A stretch of 63,810 nt of DNA, filler included, from Choristocarpus tenellus KU-1152 (lineage: Eukaryota; Protista; Phaeophyceae): assembly GCA_964200185.2 (NCBI GenBank). It is 7 parts of 7 records of this genome, joined end to end, with 100 filler letters (N's around TTAATTAATTAA, not from the genome) between each part and the next. Parts side by side here need not be neighbours in the genome. Positions count along the whole stretch, not along the records: positions 5,863 to 15,269 come from CAXNAD020003701.1; positions 15,370 to 22,981 come from CAXNAD020005875.1; positions 23,082 to 29,095 come from CAXNAD020009169.1; 4 more parts are not named here. One strand, written 5' to 3'. The position numbers and the translations under genes are program-made. Below the pieces are notes generated by a model. It had not been told where the DNA came from. It did not search any database and saw only the letters and a program-made list of their open reading frames with translations. Below, in pieces: positions 12,101-25,444 of this stretch. Numbering within the stretch: position 1 is the stretch's first letter; the number at the start of each line of letters is the position of its first letter.

Positions 12101-15100
12101 CTAGATTAGACGGCACACATTCACTCGATGAGGAATATCTCATACTTCAAACAAGCGGTAAGTCTTACCAACGTTGTAGGTGTCGAGAATCTTGATCGTC
12201 AGTTCATCTGTGCCATTCTGTTTGGTCTTGCCGGTCTTCTTGGTACCACACTTGCATGACCTCCCACACTTGCAGGGATCTTCGTGTCGACGGTAGGATG
12301 GGGACGAAAATATGAAGTTGAGGACTTAGAACACAATTTCGTCATGAATCATGGTGGAATATGTTATTTTTTGTGTCCTTTGAGTCAAGAGGTCCACGCG
12401 GACACCAGACGAAAGTTCAAACTTCAAGGTGGTGCATATGTTGAACCACCGAACCAAGTAGTTGTGTCAAACTCACTGCAGCAAGAACAAGCTGGACAAG
12501 CAGGCATCCTTGATTCTTCTCTGTTACCAAACTTTTGCCGACTCGGAATCGCTGTAGTGGGATGTTTGCTTGAATGATGCAAACACTTGTTGTTGTTAAG
12601 GTGGTGTTGTGGGGGTTGTGGAGTGGTGCATTTTCTACGATGAATGTGGACTATCGATATCTAGCCCAAAACTGTACATGAAAATAGAAGTTTGGAAAAG
12701 AATGAAAAAGGTGAAGAAGAAACAAAAAGGAAAGAAAGGTATGAAGCGTAGAAAAAATCGCCATTCTGATACCTCATACATTTTCACATATCTCATCTTG
12801 TGAATACTATTGACCTGACCTGTGATATATACCGTCATACCGTTTTGTTTTCTTTATCGGCAGTATACTTATAAGATTAAATAAATAATATTTCCAATAT
12901 ATTATTATTTGACCACTTTTGAGTAGTTTGTTGACCCTTGGATAGATGTCAGTTAACACTAAACTGTTCCTTTTACCCTTCAAACATCTTCCACAACAAC
13001 TTCAACAACTAATTAGGCGCGTCAGGATTTTACGTTCTGATTTTACAGTGTTGAGTTCAGCAGTGTCTTTACCTGTCTAACTCCTTCAGTGAATCTGGTG
13101 TATACTTCAATTAATCTTCGCCACAACAATCTAGATCTTTCCACACAACGTCTTTAGGTGAGATAGTAAGATGCAACAACTTTACCATCCTACTTTGCCA
13201 TTTGATCCATGAACTCAAATTTCCTCCGATGAAAATCTGTTTCCTACAACACAACCCCAAGGAGTTGCTACAAAGGGAGTTGCTACAAAGAGGAAGCCAA
13301 ACAACCATCAACAATCACAGTTCTTTTGACGGTCGCGTAGCTATAACCTCAACACCTTCGCAGTGTAAACTGTTCTTTTTCTGAGGGCTAGTTGATGCAG
13401 AGTAAGATTGAAATGCAAACATAATCTTATAGGATAGATGTCGATTCCTGAAAGTTGCAGAATAAAGATTTATGATTGAAGCATTTATGTACTTGGCAGT
13501 TTGCACACTTCGTTTAACTCTTTGGCTATTTGCAGACTTCATTTAACTCTTTGGCCGTAGGGAAATGATGAATGATGTTAATAAAAGGCTGATGTGGACT
13601 ACCACACCCTCAGTTCTTTTTGATGTACCTCTTTTGGTAAAGCGAAAAGTGAGACATTGACTGAGCTAAGCATCAAGCTGACACCGTACGTGGTTATCAT
13701 CTGTAGACCCCCCTAGCGTCGTTTTAAGGTTGTTGGGTTTGAGTTGCATATCCTATGGAGGTGAGTTCCGAGGGGCGCCTGTAACATGGAGGTCCTGCCG
13801 AGACTTCCACCCTGCAACATTGAGGTCCTACTGACTCTCTTCAAACTGGAGAGAATACTCCGTATTCGCCTCAACACTTAGGATTCTTTGTAGCTTCCTA
13901 TGCCTGCCTGGATTCTTTTCTTTTCCCACTTGGGTTTGTGATCTTCACGCGACGTCTGCGGGGTTTTCGTCTTAGCCTTGTCGTCTCCGTGGGTGCGATG
14001 GCATCTGTGGCTCCGAGGGAACCATCATCCTTCATTGTTGTACAATGAGTGATCTCTGACCGCCACATCATCCACCTATAGTCTTAAACAAGTGGTTTTT
14101 GACCGCCATGGTATAGACATTGCCTAGGTAGTTCTTCCTCGCCATTCATACACTCACATTCCCAATCTGTTTTTCGTGTATCACATTGTTCTTTTATTTC
14201 ACAGGTTCCGCTAGGAATCAGTGATTTGGAGATGTTACTGCCTAAGGCCAGACTTTATGAGAACTCTTGCAGCAGTCGTGATGGCTCAACGTGTTTATGT
14301 ATCCCGTCCACGCATCGATAGCTTCACCCCTTTCCACATCGAGCTCGTTGAAAACTCTTGTCTGACTTTCTTAGGACACACAGCGGCCCTTTCAGTACTT
14401 CGTTCGCAATCAACGTCCCACGCATCAAAGGAAAGCCCTTACAGGTCCGTTGAGATGACGTTACGGCAACTGAGTGGGTTTGTATTTCGATGAGAGAATG
14501 CACCCTTTTTTGATGGTCAGCTGAAAATCGTGGTAAAGGTTGCCATATGTGTTATATTTTTTGAAAAAGAGAGAGAAAGGTGAGACAGGGAAGGCTGCGA
14601 CCATAGCCTAGTTTTCCACTATTGAGCGTATACGGTAGCCTTGCGGATGCCTCATATATGTAAAGCTCATTTGGGGGAGGATATATAGGTGAAGATCTCT
14701 ACTCACTGACTTGTACCAACCCATGTCAAATTGTTAAAAATATGCTTTTTATGCATGTGTAAAAGAAAATTCTGTAGAAGAAACAATCTACTGTGGAAGT
14801 GTCAAAGGTGCAAGTTCTCTGCTCAAGGGGGCAATCACAATCACCGGAATGAAAACTCCTTCACCTCAGAGGGTGGACCGAGTTTCAAGGTCTTGGCTCT
14901 AATCTCATAACACATCAGTGAATCCAGAACAGAAAACCCTTTCAGAACACGAAAGATGTTCCAGAATGACTGAGCAACGTGACAGCAAAGAAATTGATTT
15001 TTCAGAATCGGAATAGTTCTTCGTTCTGAGGATCCATTTTGACTGTTTGGTCAAATCCGGATCTCATGGGTGTGACTGTTTCTTTGGACTGGTCGGTATG

Positions 15101-15602
15101 GATGAGCTTAAATGACGTGTTTGGCTCGTGCAATTGTATCTGACCGCGCGTCTTATACATAATGTGTGTGTCAGAGATCCCAAAAAAGGAACCTTTCCCT
15201 GACATTGCCCCCCCCCCACTGAGGATTCTATTCGACACAACCACAAAACGCGCTGGCCAGCATCTCATANNNNNNNNNNNNNNNNNNNNNNNNNNNNNNN
15301 NNNNNNNNNNNNNTTAATTAATTAANNNNNNNNNNNNNNNNNNNNNNNNNNNNNNNNNNNNNNNNNNNNGGGGGGGGGGGGGGGGTAGAAATTTCTTCTT
15401 AACCTGCAATAATCAGTTTCAAAATCAAGAGGAATTTTTTATTTCTCATGTATCACGTAGTAACACATTTTTCTGTTTCTTTGTCTATTAACTTTCCCTC
15501 ACCCAAATGCATACAGTCTAGGCAGCAACAATAGATACAATGGAGAGAAGCACCACATAGAAAAAGTCACCAACCACCAATGCAGAATACAGAGTAGCTT
15601 AC

Positions 15603-15696
15603 AGTCCGTACATCTTGTCCTGACCTTGACTCAAGTTCATTAAGCAGGTCAACACTCCAGTAAAACAATCTCCACCATGAGTGTGCCTCAAAGCAA
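15603..15696 (-). CDS. Isolated putative exon
   Basis: Open frame HTHGGDCFTGVLTCLMNLSQGQDKMYG ending at a GTAAGC donor; gene assignment unknown. Confidence 0.25.
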
Positions 15697-17210
15697 TGGA
15701 TAGCGTGTATATATGTGCGCGCGTGCGTGTGTGTGATATATTAACAACACACCCAGTACAAAACATAACACTCACATAACACTCACATAACGCAGCATAA
15801 CATTTTAGTGTCAAATGCAAGCATCTTCCAGACAACAAAAAATTATAGAACAAATGACCACGACCATTTCCTGGACAATGGATGTGGAGGGGAAAAATAG
15901 TGCTGACATTGTCCTAGACAACAAATATTAGAGAGGAGAGAGCCCCAAGCATCTTCCATGACAACCACCATTACAGAGCAAATGGCACCGAGCCTTTGCT
16001 GGACGAACATTATGACCAAATGCCGCATTACATTTTTTTTTTATCTACTATTTCTTTTTTCTTTTTTCTCCCACACCTCTTCCATTCTATTGTTTCCTCT
16101 GAATAACCTCTGGTTCCATGTTTGAAAACATGAAAACCAGTTAAACAACTTAGAAATAGCTGCGGTGGTTGTTCTGACAAGGGGTGTTACAGGGCAACTG
16201 TACTTGAGTGGTTTCTGGGCAACGGCACATGGCACCAGCCTGGGTGCTAGACAACAAACATTGAAATTCAAATGGATTCAGAAAATATATAGACAACAGA
16301 AGCTACAGGGCAACTGGCTCCCAAGCATTATTGCGAAAAATATATTGAAAGGGAAAATCAGCCAAAAGGTTCTCATAGTTTAACCGACACTATGGTTCAA
16401 ACATCCTCAGACAATGCAAACGCTATCTTGGACAAAATTGTCAAAGAGTTGGGAAAATTTACACATAATTAATGAAGGTCAGGTACTCCAGTTTGAAACT
16501 TCTATCTAGTGATGATGGTGACGATCATCATCAGTGAAATATCGATAGCACAATGTTCATCAGATTGATGGAGGTTCTTCCCCAAAGAAAAATCTCAAGC
16601 TTTATATTTTTCATTAATTGTAGGAGCAACAAAGACAAGGTAAATTTTTCAACAAAAACAAACACCGTTCTTGAATACATAGCATGGCATTGACTTCTTG
16701 CAGCATGCATTTTGTACATACCATGGCATTTATGTACCACGATCAGGTGTGTGTGCTACACAACACTGGGCAACGAAATTATCAAGTCACCATCCCAGGT
16801 CATAGTACGCAGCACCCCAGATAGGTGTTCCAATGAACCACTGGAAAATACAGGAAGTTACTTCTATGGCAGTCACACAGCAATACAGGCCTATAACTCG
16901 CCCCACTGACATACATTCTCCTTGCAGGGGAAGCGAGAAAGTTGAAGAGGAATCCATGAACTGATCAACCATCCACCGACTATGATAATCACTGGGGAAG
17001 CTTGCAACCCGGTTTGCTCACCACACACACACTATGATCACCCACCTCTTGATGAGCCACCACGCCTATTCTACTATTCACCCTAAAAACTCCCAAACTC
17101 TGCTCATGGCACTCTGGTCTCCTCCCCCCTTCTCCAGGCAACACACACACATTAAAACATTCCCAAGACCTAACCTGTTCAAGGAGTATAAAGAGATGAT
17201 GAACGCCTAC

Positions 17211-20200
17211 CTTCAGTGAGCTGCAAGGTGTTCCCAAGGGCGACAGTGGCGTTGGTACTGTAGACTACCACACCTTCATCTAGAGGGTCCACTATGTCAT
17301 CACTGTCATACCTACGGAAGTAAAACTGAGGAGTTTGGAGGGGGGAGGGGGAGGGATTATGTGCTTTGCCTTGTGACTCAAGCACTTGTGTATGTCTGTG
17401 TGTGTGAGAGAGAAGGAGACAATCACATCTATGTGCTATGAAGCATTTGTAGACAGAAGCTCGGGTGCAATTCAAAACAAAGGGGGAAGGGGGTGGACGC
17501 CTTTGTGCACTTTGTCATGCCTTTCAAGAACTACTACCTTTATTTTGATACAAGTCAAAATGAAGGTGTGGAGGAGTAGGTGATAAGAGAGAAGAAGGAG
17601 GGAAAACAAAGGACAAATTTCACAGCATATTACAGCAGCTGCTTGCAACTGGTATGGCCACAACAACAGCCCATCAAACCAACAAGTATGACTTACCACT
17701 CCCTCTCTGTCTATGCGAACCCTCTCTTGACTTCCTGTGGACATGATGATGGATCCTGTCTCTCCCCCTGCCCCTGCCACCAGGTTTAGGTCTGTATCTG
17801 ATACCGCACCTGTCAGATATGATGTTAGGATATTCCAAGCCACGGACCCCATTTTCGAACAAGGAGGGGGGATAGGGTTTGGCAGGGTGAGGGCTTAACC
17901 ATAGCAACAGAAGGTGGGCTAAACGTAAGGCATCCTCTTCTCATTCTCATATACTAGTTTACAATGAGGTGAGATGTTCTCAGAATGAAAAGCCCAGGAT
18001 AGGGGGCAAGTCTGTCATCAATAAAAACGAAGAACAAAACTGACACAAAAAAACAAATACCTCATGTCCAGCACACACACAGAGAGGGAAATAAATTGTA
18101 TGTGTAACTTAGAGGTTTTGAGCAGCATCCGATACCTAGTCCTTCACTCCAACTCCCTGATAAGCATTTGCAACCCACACTTCTGTCTCTTTCCCCCCCC
18201 CTCACATCACTGACTTGTTAGTCAATCATTCACCATTCCCACATGAGAGATCTCACTCCTATCACATTTCATTATATTCGCAGTTGCTGTTTCCTTTTAT
18301 TCCATTCCTTGCCTGTGGATACTGATGCAGCAGTGGTCATCACAGATCCATCAGGGAACCTGAACCCATCGACTGTGGCTGACACACCCTCTGCCTCGAA
18401 CTGGCCAACCACAATGTGGTCGCCACCTGAAGTAAGCGTTCCCTCCTTGTTCAGTGAGAACAATGTATCCTCAGAGTGGCTGACACATGTTCACACATGC
18501 ATGTAGTTGGGTGGGTGGGAGGGGTGGGAAGATTGGTTTGATACAAGCATACAATCCGGAGTAGGGAAGGGGGAGANNNNNNNNNNCTAAAGGAACTGTC
18601 CCCCTCTTTTTACGGAAAAAAAGTTTTCTCGAGGGGGGGGTTACAATTTTCTCCACATTGTGTGGGGGGGGGGGGGGGGGGGGGGTGGGAAGATTGGTTT
18701 GATACAAGCATACAATCCGGAGTAGGGAAGGGGGAGATTTGGGAAAGCAGCAAAAAGGTTTTAAAACACAGCGGACAGGTGAAAAAGTCAACTTCAAACA
18801 TTGCTGCCTGTCTCAAGCACAACCATGAACCATGCGTGCATTGTAGTGGCCATCATGCCATGCATTATTAGGTCATGTGGTGAGCTTCAGAGCAAAAAAG
18901 GAAAATATCTAAAATCTGAAAGGCAGAACATGAGGAATATGTACCAGCTTACATGTCCATATCTGCTGTCAAGCCAAGCAAATATGTCATGTCTCAGTCC
19001 AGTAGTACCATTCAGACAATGCACTTCAAACTGGTACTGGAGAGTGTACAATTAGTCTAAACACTTGACAAAAAAAAACACTATATTTCTCATTTCAACA
19101 TCTGTTAACACTACTATTTGCTGACTGCGGTCCAAACAAAAGACTTCACAAGGGGAGCAGGTGCTTCAGTTCTTTTAACTCGCACAGTTGTAGGTGCTCA
19201 AGGGATCTCAGAAGCTGGATTTTCTTAGCACGAGCCCTGAGTGGCGCCTCTGCCAACCTTTGGGGGGTTAAATGTGGGAGATATTTGCAAAGCGAATTGA
19301 TGTTGTAATATCTTGAGGAAGCACTCAGTACATCAAGATCGCTGTACACAGGGGGAGGAGGTGGTAACTCTCATTGTCAAGAGTCACAAGGATCGCTTGG
19401 TTTGAGAACTCTACGTAAGGCTAAGATGCTTTGTAATGTAGTCCCTAACCCTAAAAAGTACTCTTTAGCGCTCTATACCAGAAGAAAATACTCTTTGGAG
19501 AGAAAGAGACAGGGAGAGGGGGCTTGTGTTCTAATATTCCAATCAGTGAGACCTCTGAAGATATCATCTATCTTCTACATCAAGACCTCTACTCCATCCA
19601 GAAAAGCTAAAAATCTTACTACTTATACATTGTTGGTTTCTATATTTGACCTGAAGTGGTGGAGGTCAAGTGTGCCTTCCATATTAGCAGTGATGATGAA
19701 GGTGTTATCCTGTTTTGTCCCACCTTGCAAATAGATAGAGGCCTCACCAGAAGATCCAATGATGTTAAGGTTGGTGTCCACGGTTTGACCCCTCTTTTAA
19801 ATTGGGTTTCCATTAGTACCAGCACGATTGGTGGAGGGGGGAAAGGGTTGCACATGAGTGAGTGTGAGTTTGTGGATAATCATCACTTGAAGAAGCAAAG
19901 GTATAGGTATATATTTCAAGTAGACCGTGAAGGATTGGGAGATTCCGTTTCGCGTATTCAAAGGACACAATGAAGCAGGGAAAAAGTCTGTAAATTGGTG
20001 GCGAAATCGTATCTTGGGTAGCAAAAAGAATATAATGCCTGTTACAGAGTGGATATTGGGTTGGGTATCCGACGGTGTACTTATGAACACCTTGATGTAT
20101 GAGACTTCAAGGTAAAAGGAAAATCCGGAACTTACCAACAGATCCTGACCTCCGTGAAATGAGTATTCAACAGAGTTGAGCAAGATGATCGCGATCACGA

Positions 20201-20830
20201 GGAAAAAAGACACAAGCACTGTCAACACCGTCATAAGACCCCAGAAGAAGGTTGGGAAATGAGTGTTGCCAATGTCGTAGGAAGGACTAGACAGGTTGCG
20301 CATCACGAAATTGCGCACAATGTTCAGAGCAAAGAAGGGAACGAGAAAGTGTACTCCTGTCAGTTGGCAATCTAGAAATCAGCAGTAAACGAATGGAGGG
20401 GTGAGGAAAAGGAGCGCGCTAGTCGATGGGAAAGAAAAAAACAAGAAGGTGAGTTCTGACAATTCAAAATTTCAGCACTCGAATCGGTAGGGGGTGCGAC
20501 GTCTCGAAAAAAATGTGTTACCATAAAGAGTCTTCTCAGCAAGCTTAATTACTACCATTCCGTAGAGAGGGGTGAGGGGTCATCCTGAAGAAGATACAAG
20601 CGCAACAAAATCGGGGGGGAATAACTATGTTAGTGGATTCTGGCGAGAGAAGATGGCTGAAGGGGGTGCTTACATGCTCTGCTTCCGAGTCATGGGGGGT
20701 GTACTGTACAAAGCGCCTCCATCGCTTAATTTCGTTTCCCTGTTTCCACTCTCTTCGTTGTTCGCCTCGTATTCCTGGGGATTCGTGAGTTTATGGCGTT
20801 GGTCCTTCAAACGGCTCAAATGAGATCGAA
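17211..20830 (-). CDS. Multi-exon gene (partial): single-pass membrane protein with a Gly/Ser/Thr-rich beta-type ectodomain carrying tail-fibre-like motifs
   Basis: Phase-compatible exons 20830-20674, 20584-20556, 20356-20136, 19793-19651, 18479-18313 (GC donor), 17809-17697, 17325-17211. They give ...PMTRKQSMMTPHPSLRNGVHFLVPFFALNIVRNFVMRNLSSPSYDIGNTHFPTFFWGLMTVLTVLVSFFLVIAIILLNSVEYSFHGGQDLLRGQTVDTNLNIIGSSGEASIYLQGG...GVSATVDGFRFPDGSVMTTAASVSTGAVSDTDLNLVAGAGGETGSIIMSTGSQERVRIDREGVFYFRRYDSDDIVDPLDEG... The 5' and 3' ends are unresolved. Confidence 0.75.
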
Positions 20831-20939
20831 CTACCAGCCCAAAACTCACAACAAAAAGGAGGTGTGGGTTGTCACATGTCAGGTTTGCACCACAAGGACA
20901 GAAAAAGGTTCGTTCCTGATAGAAGTTTACTATATTTAT

Positions 20940-21950
20940 AACAGCAGTGTGGTTTCTACACTTTGTCGAAATTTAAAGCACATGCACCGAAAAAAGTGGC
21001 AACTGCAATTTTTACAACAGTAGGAGGTAATATTCCTGTTCCATTGCATTGCATGTTCAAGGCACCTCAAAGAATGAACCCAGGAGTTCGGTGCGTACTG
21101 GCATTTGTGCGAAATCAAGTAGTGCCAAGTGCACAGCGCGAAAACCAATCGAAGCTGTCCTCCGCTTCTTTCAGACCTTCAAAGTTGAAAGTTCCAACTG
21201 TTGCGTTGTTCTCTAATCCCCTTAAATATTTGGATACAAGATGGTGCATTGAATATAATTTGTACATACAATTCAAAACAATGATGATGGTATTCAACAT
21301 ATTTGAAAGGCGTTCATTTTTCTATGTGAGTTGTTGTTCGTTTAGTACGATAATTTTGTTGGTTCGAACCTCATCGAAACCAGACACCATTTCATGGGTA
21401 TCTCTGGTTTTGGTATTCCAATTCTACATGCTAAATACAAAAGATTGTACCCAGTTTGTACTATTAGGAGTACTAATAAGCTATCTGTCGCTGTGCCACA
21501 AAATATCGCTGGATCAAGATAGAGGTAGCATCGCCGAGGGTGAAGGCGGAGGTTGAGTGGTGGAATAGCTGAACCCAATACTCAAGAAAGGCATGAATAG
21601 ACGCAGCAAAGTTGGCCATATAGTCTTACAGCATGCCCCAGAAGCTTACCTCCACAGGATGTATAGCTCCAATCTACAGGCCTATAGATGATAATGATGC
21701 ACAAGACGTCAAGTATGCTGGATCCCTCACTTGGATTATCGTCAATATAATCGTATAAAAAGGAACTGGTCAACGATGCCTTACCACAATCGGGGACAAT
21801 AATTAGCAAAATAAAAAATAAATAGTCAAGAAGTACAAATATATCCAACCTAGAACTTCAAGGTCATAATGGTGTTTATGAAACCGCCATCAAGACATAT
21901 CGCCTGTAACATGCCCCCCTAGCATGAAGCACAACTGCTTCAATGCGATA
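20940..21950 (-). mobile_element. Possible decayed Gypsy RT/integrase fragment
   Basis: FLYDYIDD...KLLGHAV (YxDD and LGH) and an integrase-like NNATVGTFN..LK...THRTPGFIL*G, in stop-riddled frames. Confidence 0.3.
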
Positions 21951-22269
21951 AACATGCGATTGGACAAGGAAATATAATGTCACTCCTCATCCTATCATGA
22001 ACGCACCAGAAATAAAATGAATGTCACTTCCAGGTCCTAACATATCAGTAGGTGGCATTGGGGATCCAGCGGAGGAGGGAACCTGGAGGGAAAGGCCCCT
22101 TCCAACATTTGCCCTGACGACAGATATGTTAGCGCGACACTTGCACCTCACGGCACTCACTCTGCATTTGACTCAACGTTCAAAAGAAAAACTCCCACAC
22201 CAGAGTCTCATACACACGTCAAAAGTAGTGTACTGTCTAAAAGACCCCACCCCTTCCAAGCTAAACAAA

Positions 22270-22880
22270 CACAAATACAGACACAATTCATAGCAGCACT
22301 GAACTTGGGTATTGCCATAGACTCTCCCCCTTCAGAACTAAAACACAGCAACGACAGGACACTAAGACCATGACTCACAGTCGCAAAAGCGATTGGGTGC
22401 TGTCATGGAAAGGCTTACCCTTGCTAGGAACTATGAACAAATACAAAACTTTAAAAACATCGTACAAAAATAAATAAATAGGGAGTATCTCAGCAAGTCT
22501 CTCCCTCTTCACAGCTATCAACAAAAATTAATACAGGCACAAAATTACAAGAGCACTGAAATAGGGTACTGCCGTAGACTGTCCCCCTTCATAACTATAA
22601 ACACAAACTATAGGACACCAAGACAATGTCTCACAGTCACAAACAAATTTAAGGTGCTACCAAATAAAGGCTTGCCATACCTACGAACAAAGAACATACA
22701 AACAAAAAAAGATTCAGAAAATACGGAGTGTCATTGTAAGACTCTCCCCCTCCACAAATATCGACACAAATGAATATGGAGGCAAAATCACAATGGCACT
22801 GAAATAGGGTACTGCTATAAACGCCTTACCCTTCAGAACTATAAACACAAACAATAGAAGACAAGAATCATATCTCAAAT
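22270..22880. repeat. Diverged tandem repeat, unit about 250 bp, about 2.5 copies
   Basis: Anchor GCACTGAA-N4-GGTAYTGC at about 22296, 22553 and 22796, with colinear CCCTTCA.AACTA..AACAC. Confidence 0.75.
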
Positions 22881-24406
22881 ACAAACATGTCTAAAAAGGC
22901 CCAAAGTATCTGGGGGGGGGGGGGGGGGGTCTATAACAGGGTGTCCATTTGGACCAAAACCAGGAAACGTGCGCTTACAGANNNNNNNNNNNNNNNNNNN
23001 NNNNNNNNNNNNNNNNNNNNNNNNNTTAATTAATTAANNNNNNNNNNNNNNNNNNNNNNNNNNNNNNNNNNNNNNNNNNNNGCCGAACAAAAAACAACAC
23101 GAAAAAAAACAAAAAACAAAAAAAAATATCTGCAAACACACCCCCTCCGGGGGGGTGGGGGGGGGGGGGGGGGTCTACACCAGAGTGTCCATTTGGATCA
23201 AAATCAGGAAAAGTGGGTTTACATTGTCCATCCGACGTATGCAACCGCCCAAAAATCACGACATGAAAAAATTGACCCCAACTGGACAGCCACCACCCCC
23301 CCCCCCCCCCAGAAATTTGTGGCCTCCCCTTTTTTTGTCCCTGATTTTTTCTGGTTTTTTGTTTTTGTTTGTTTCGGTTGGTGGTNNNNNNNNNNCGTGT
23401 GCTCCTCCGATCCCCCCCCCCCCCTCCAGATACTTTGAGCCATCCCTTTTTTTAGTCATGATTTTTACTTGATATTTTGTTGTAGTTGGTGACGATGGTA
23501 GTTGAGAATTGCTCACATTGGAACTGCCTGGCTTGTTCAGAAGATGCCATTTTCAGGGAGTAACCGTCATTCTGACTCTCACTGATGTTGCATCTAGGTG
23601 ATGCGTGGAGAGGTTAGGAAATTCAACAGGGCACAGACTAGTACCAATATACCCAGTACCTGGACTGCTCTAAGAGTATATTATTGTGATACCCTTCCAA
23701 TCAGAAGTGCATTACTGAGCCACTAGTATTATGGTATTTGTCATAGTGCAAATTTGTATTCAGAGCATAGTGAAAATGAAGAGTAGTTCTGAGTGTAAGT
23801 TGGATGCTCTTGTTCTGTATGCACTTGTGGTAGCATTGCCTTCTGTTTTATGTTTCCACTGGTGGTAAGGCTATTTTAGGAAGTAAGGTTGCCCATGATG
23901 CAGTTCTATGTGGAATCGGTGTCAAGGACTAAGCACAATGGGCTCACATTTCCCTTCGATTAGAGTTGCAGAACTTTAACCAGTTCATATTTTGCACCTG
24001 TCACCACAGTTACACTTCTCCATATTGCTAGCCATCAACAAACATCCGTAAATGTAGAGTATGGTGTGGTATGGCAAGTGTTAAAGATACAACAGCTCTA
24101 TCGGTGCAATATAGTTCCTGCAAAATATGTTAATTGAAATAATAAAGGAAGAGGAAACATCCACATTTTACCTGGGTTTTCAAACTGTCAAGTAAGTGAC
24201 AGGCATCTTGTGGGGACAAGTCCAGGACTACGAGGGGGTATCCAGATCACCAAGGATACAGGAAAGAGTGTGGACTGAGACTCGAAGATAGAGACACCTT
24301 GTTTGGTACCTCCCTGGGGTTGGGCCCACCCAAAAACAGAGTAGTGTGGGAAAGAATGGTGTACTACTGTAAGTGTTGAAGACAATACTGTTCTATGGGT
24401 GCAATA

Positions 24407-24991
24407 CACTAGTATGACAATAGCCGAATTGAAAGGATAAATAATGAACATATGTGTTCACAATTTTTACCTGAGTTTTGGAACAAATGCCAAGTTAAGT
24501 GACAAGAGTGGTCCAGGTGACATTTTGTCGGGGCCAGTCCAGGACCATCAGAGGGTATACTGAGGACCTCGTCACCCTAAATATGTATTACTTGGTATTT
24601 GAATTGGTCTGTTAAAAGAGCTTTTCCCTGGACCAGCAAATTAAAACGGTCACATCTCCAGGCAAACCAGTCCCACAAATATTTGACATATCTGGGTCCA
24701 TATCCACAAGATGTTGAACCAGTCCATGTAAGCCTGCTGGACCGGGTCAAACATTCTGTAACATGTCTAGACCATGTTGACTGGATATTGTACTGGTCCA
24801 TGCCCGCCAGCTGGACCGGCTCCAGCATTCTCCAACATGTCTGGACCATGTCCACTGGATAGTTTTACCCATCCGTTTCCGCTGACTGGACAGTCTAACT
24901 TTTTTCTTGCATGCCCGGACCATAGCCACCAACCCCTCTACTTTTTTTTTTTACATGTCCGGACCAGGTCCACTAAAGTTTTGCACTAGTA
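24407..24991. mobile_element. Possible non-autonomous CACTA/EnSpm-like element with dense GGACC/GGTCC subterminal motifs
   Basis: Right end TTTTGCACTAGT, candidate left end CACTAGT, and many TGGAC/GTCCA/GGACC words between 24510 and 24975. Confidence 0.35.
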
Positions 24992-25444
24992 CACCAGGCA
25001 AAAAATGTGTACATGTGCAGGTTGAACGTTGATCTGTCCTCCTGTATGTGCATAAAGAATAATACACTTTCAAATCATCTCTGGGCCTTCTTCGTCGAAA
25101 TTCATGGAGAGCACGTAATACGAAAATACAGTAGTAGTGTATAGTGTCAAAATACATGTTGAAGTCACGAATCACTCCGCCATTTCAACCACCAAATACA
25201 CAACGATGTAATTGGATTCAACTTTTAATTTTTAATGGTCAATAAAATAGAAACAGAAAATAATATAAAACTCTCAATATATATACCCTGACACATCTAT
25301 CTGGAAAATGTCAGAAGGCGTAATAATAAAAATAATAGTATGTATATTAGATTCAGCACTTCTGATTTAACATTAATTAGTTGTATTGGTTACAAGATAC
25401 AAGTAGTGCATAGAGGAGGGTTGTCCACTATCATACCATCATTG

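Noticed and set aside
18524-18736. Exact direct repeat of about 53 bp flanking a 10-N gap
   Set aside because: Typical overlap artefact around a gap next to a G homopolymer.
20963-21556. 197-aa plus-strand ORF (longest in the ORF track)
   Set aside because: No recognisable motifs; appears to be the antisense shadow of decayed TE sequence.
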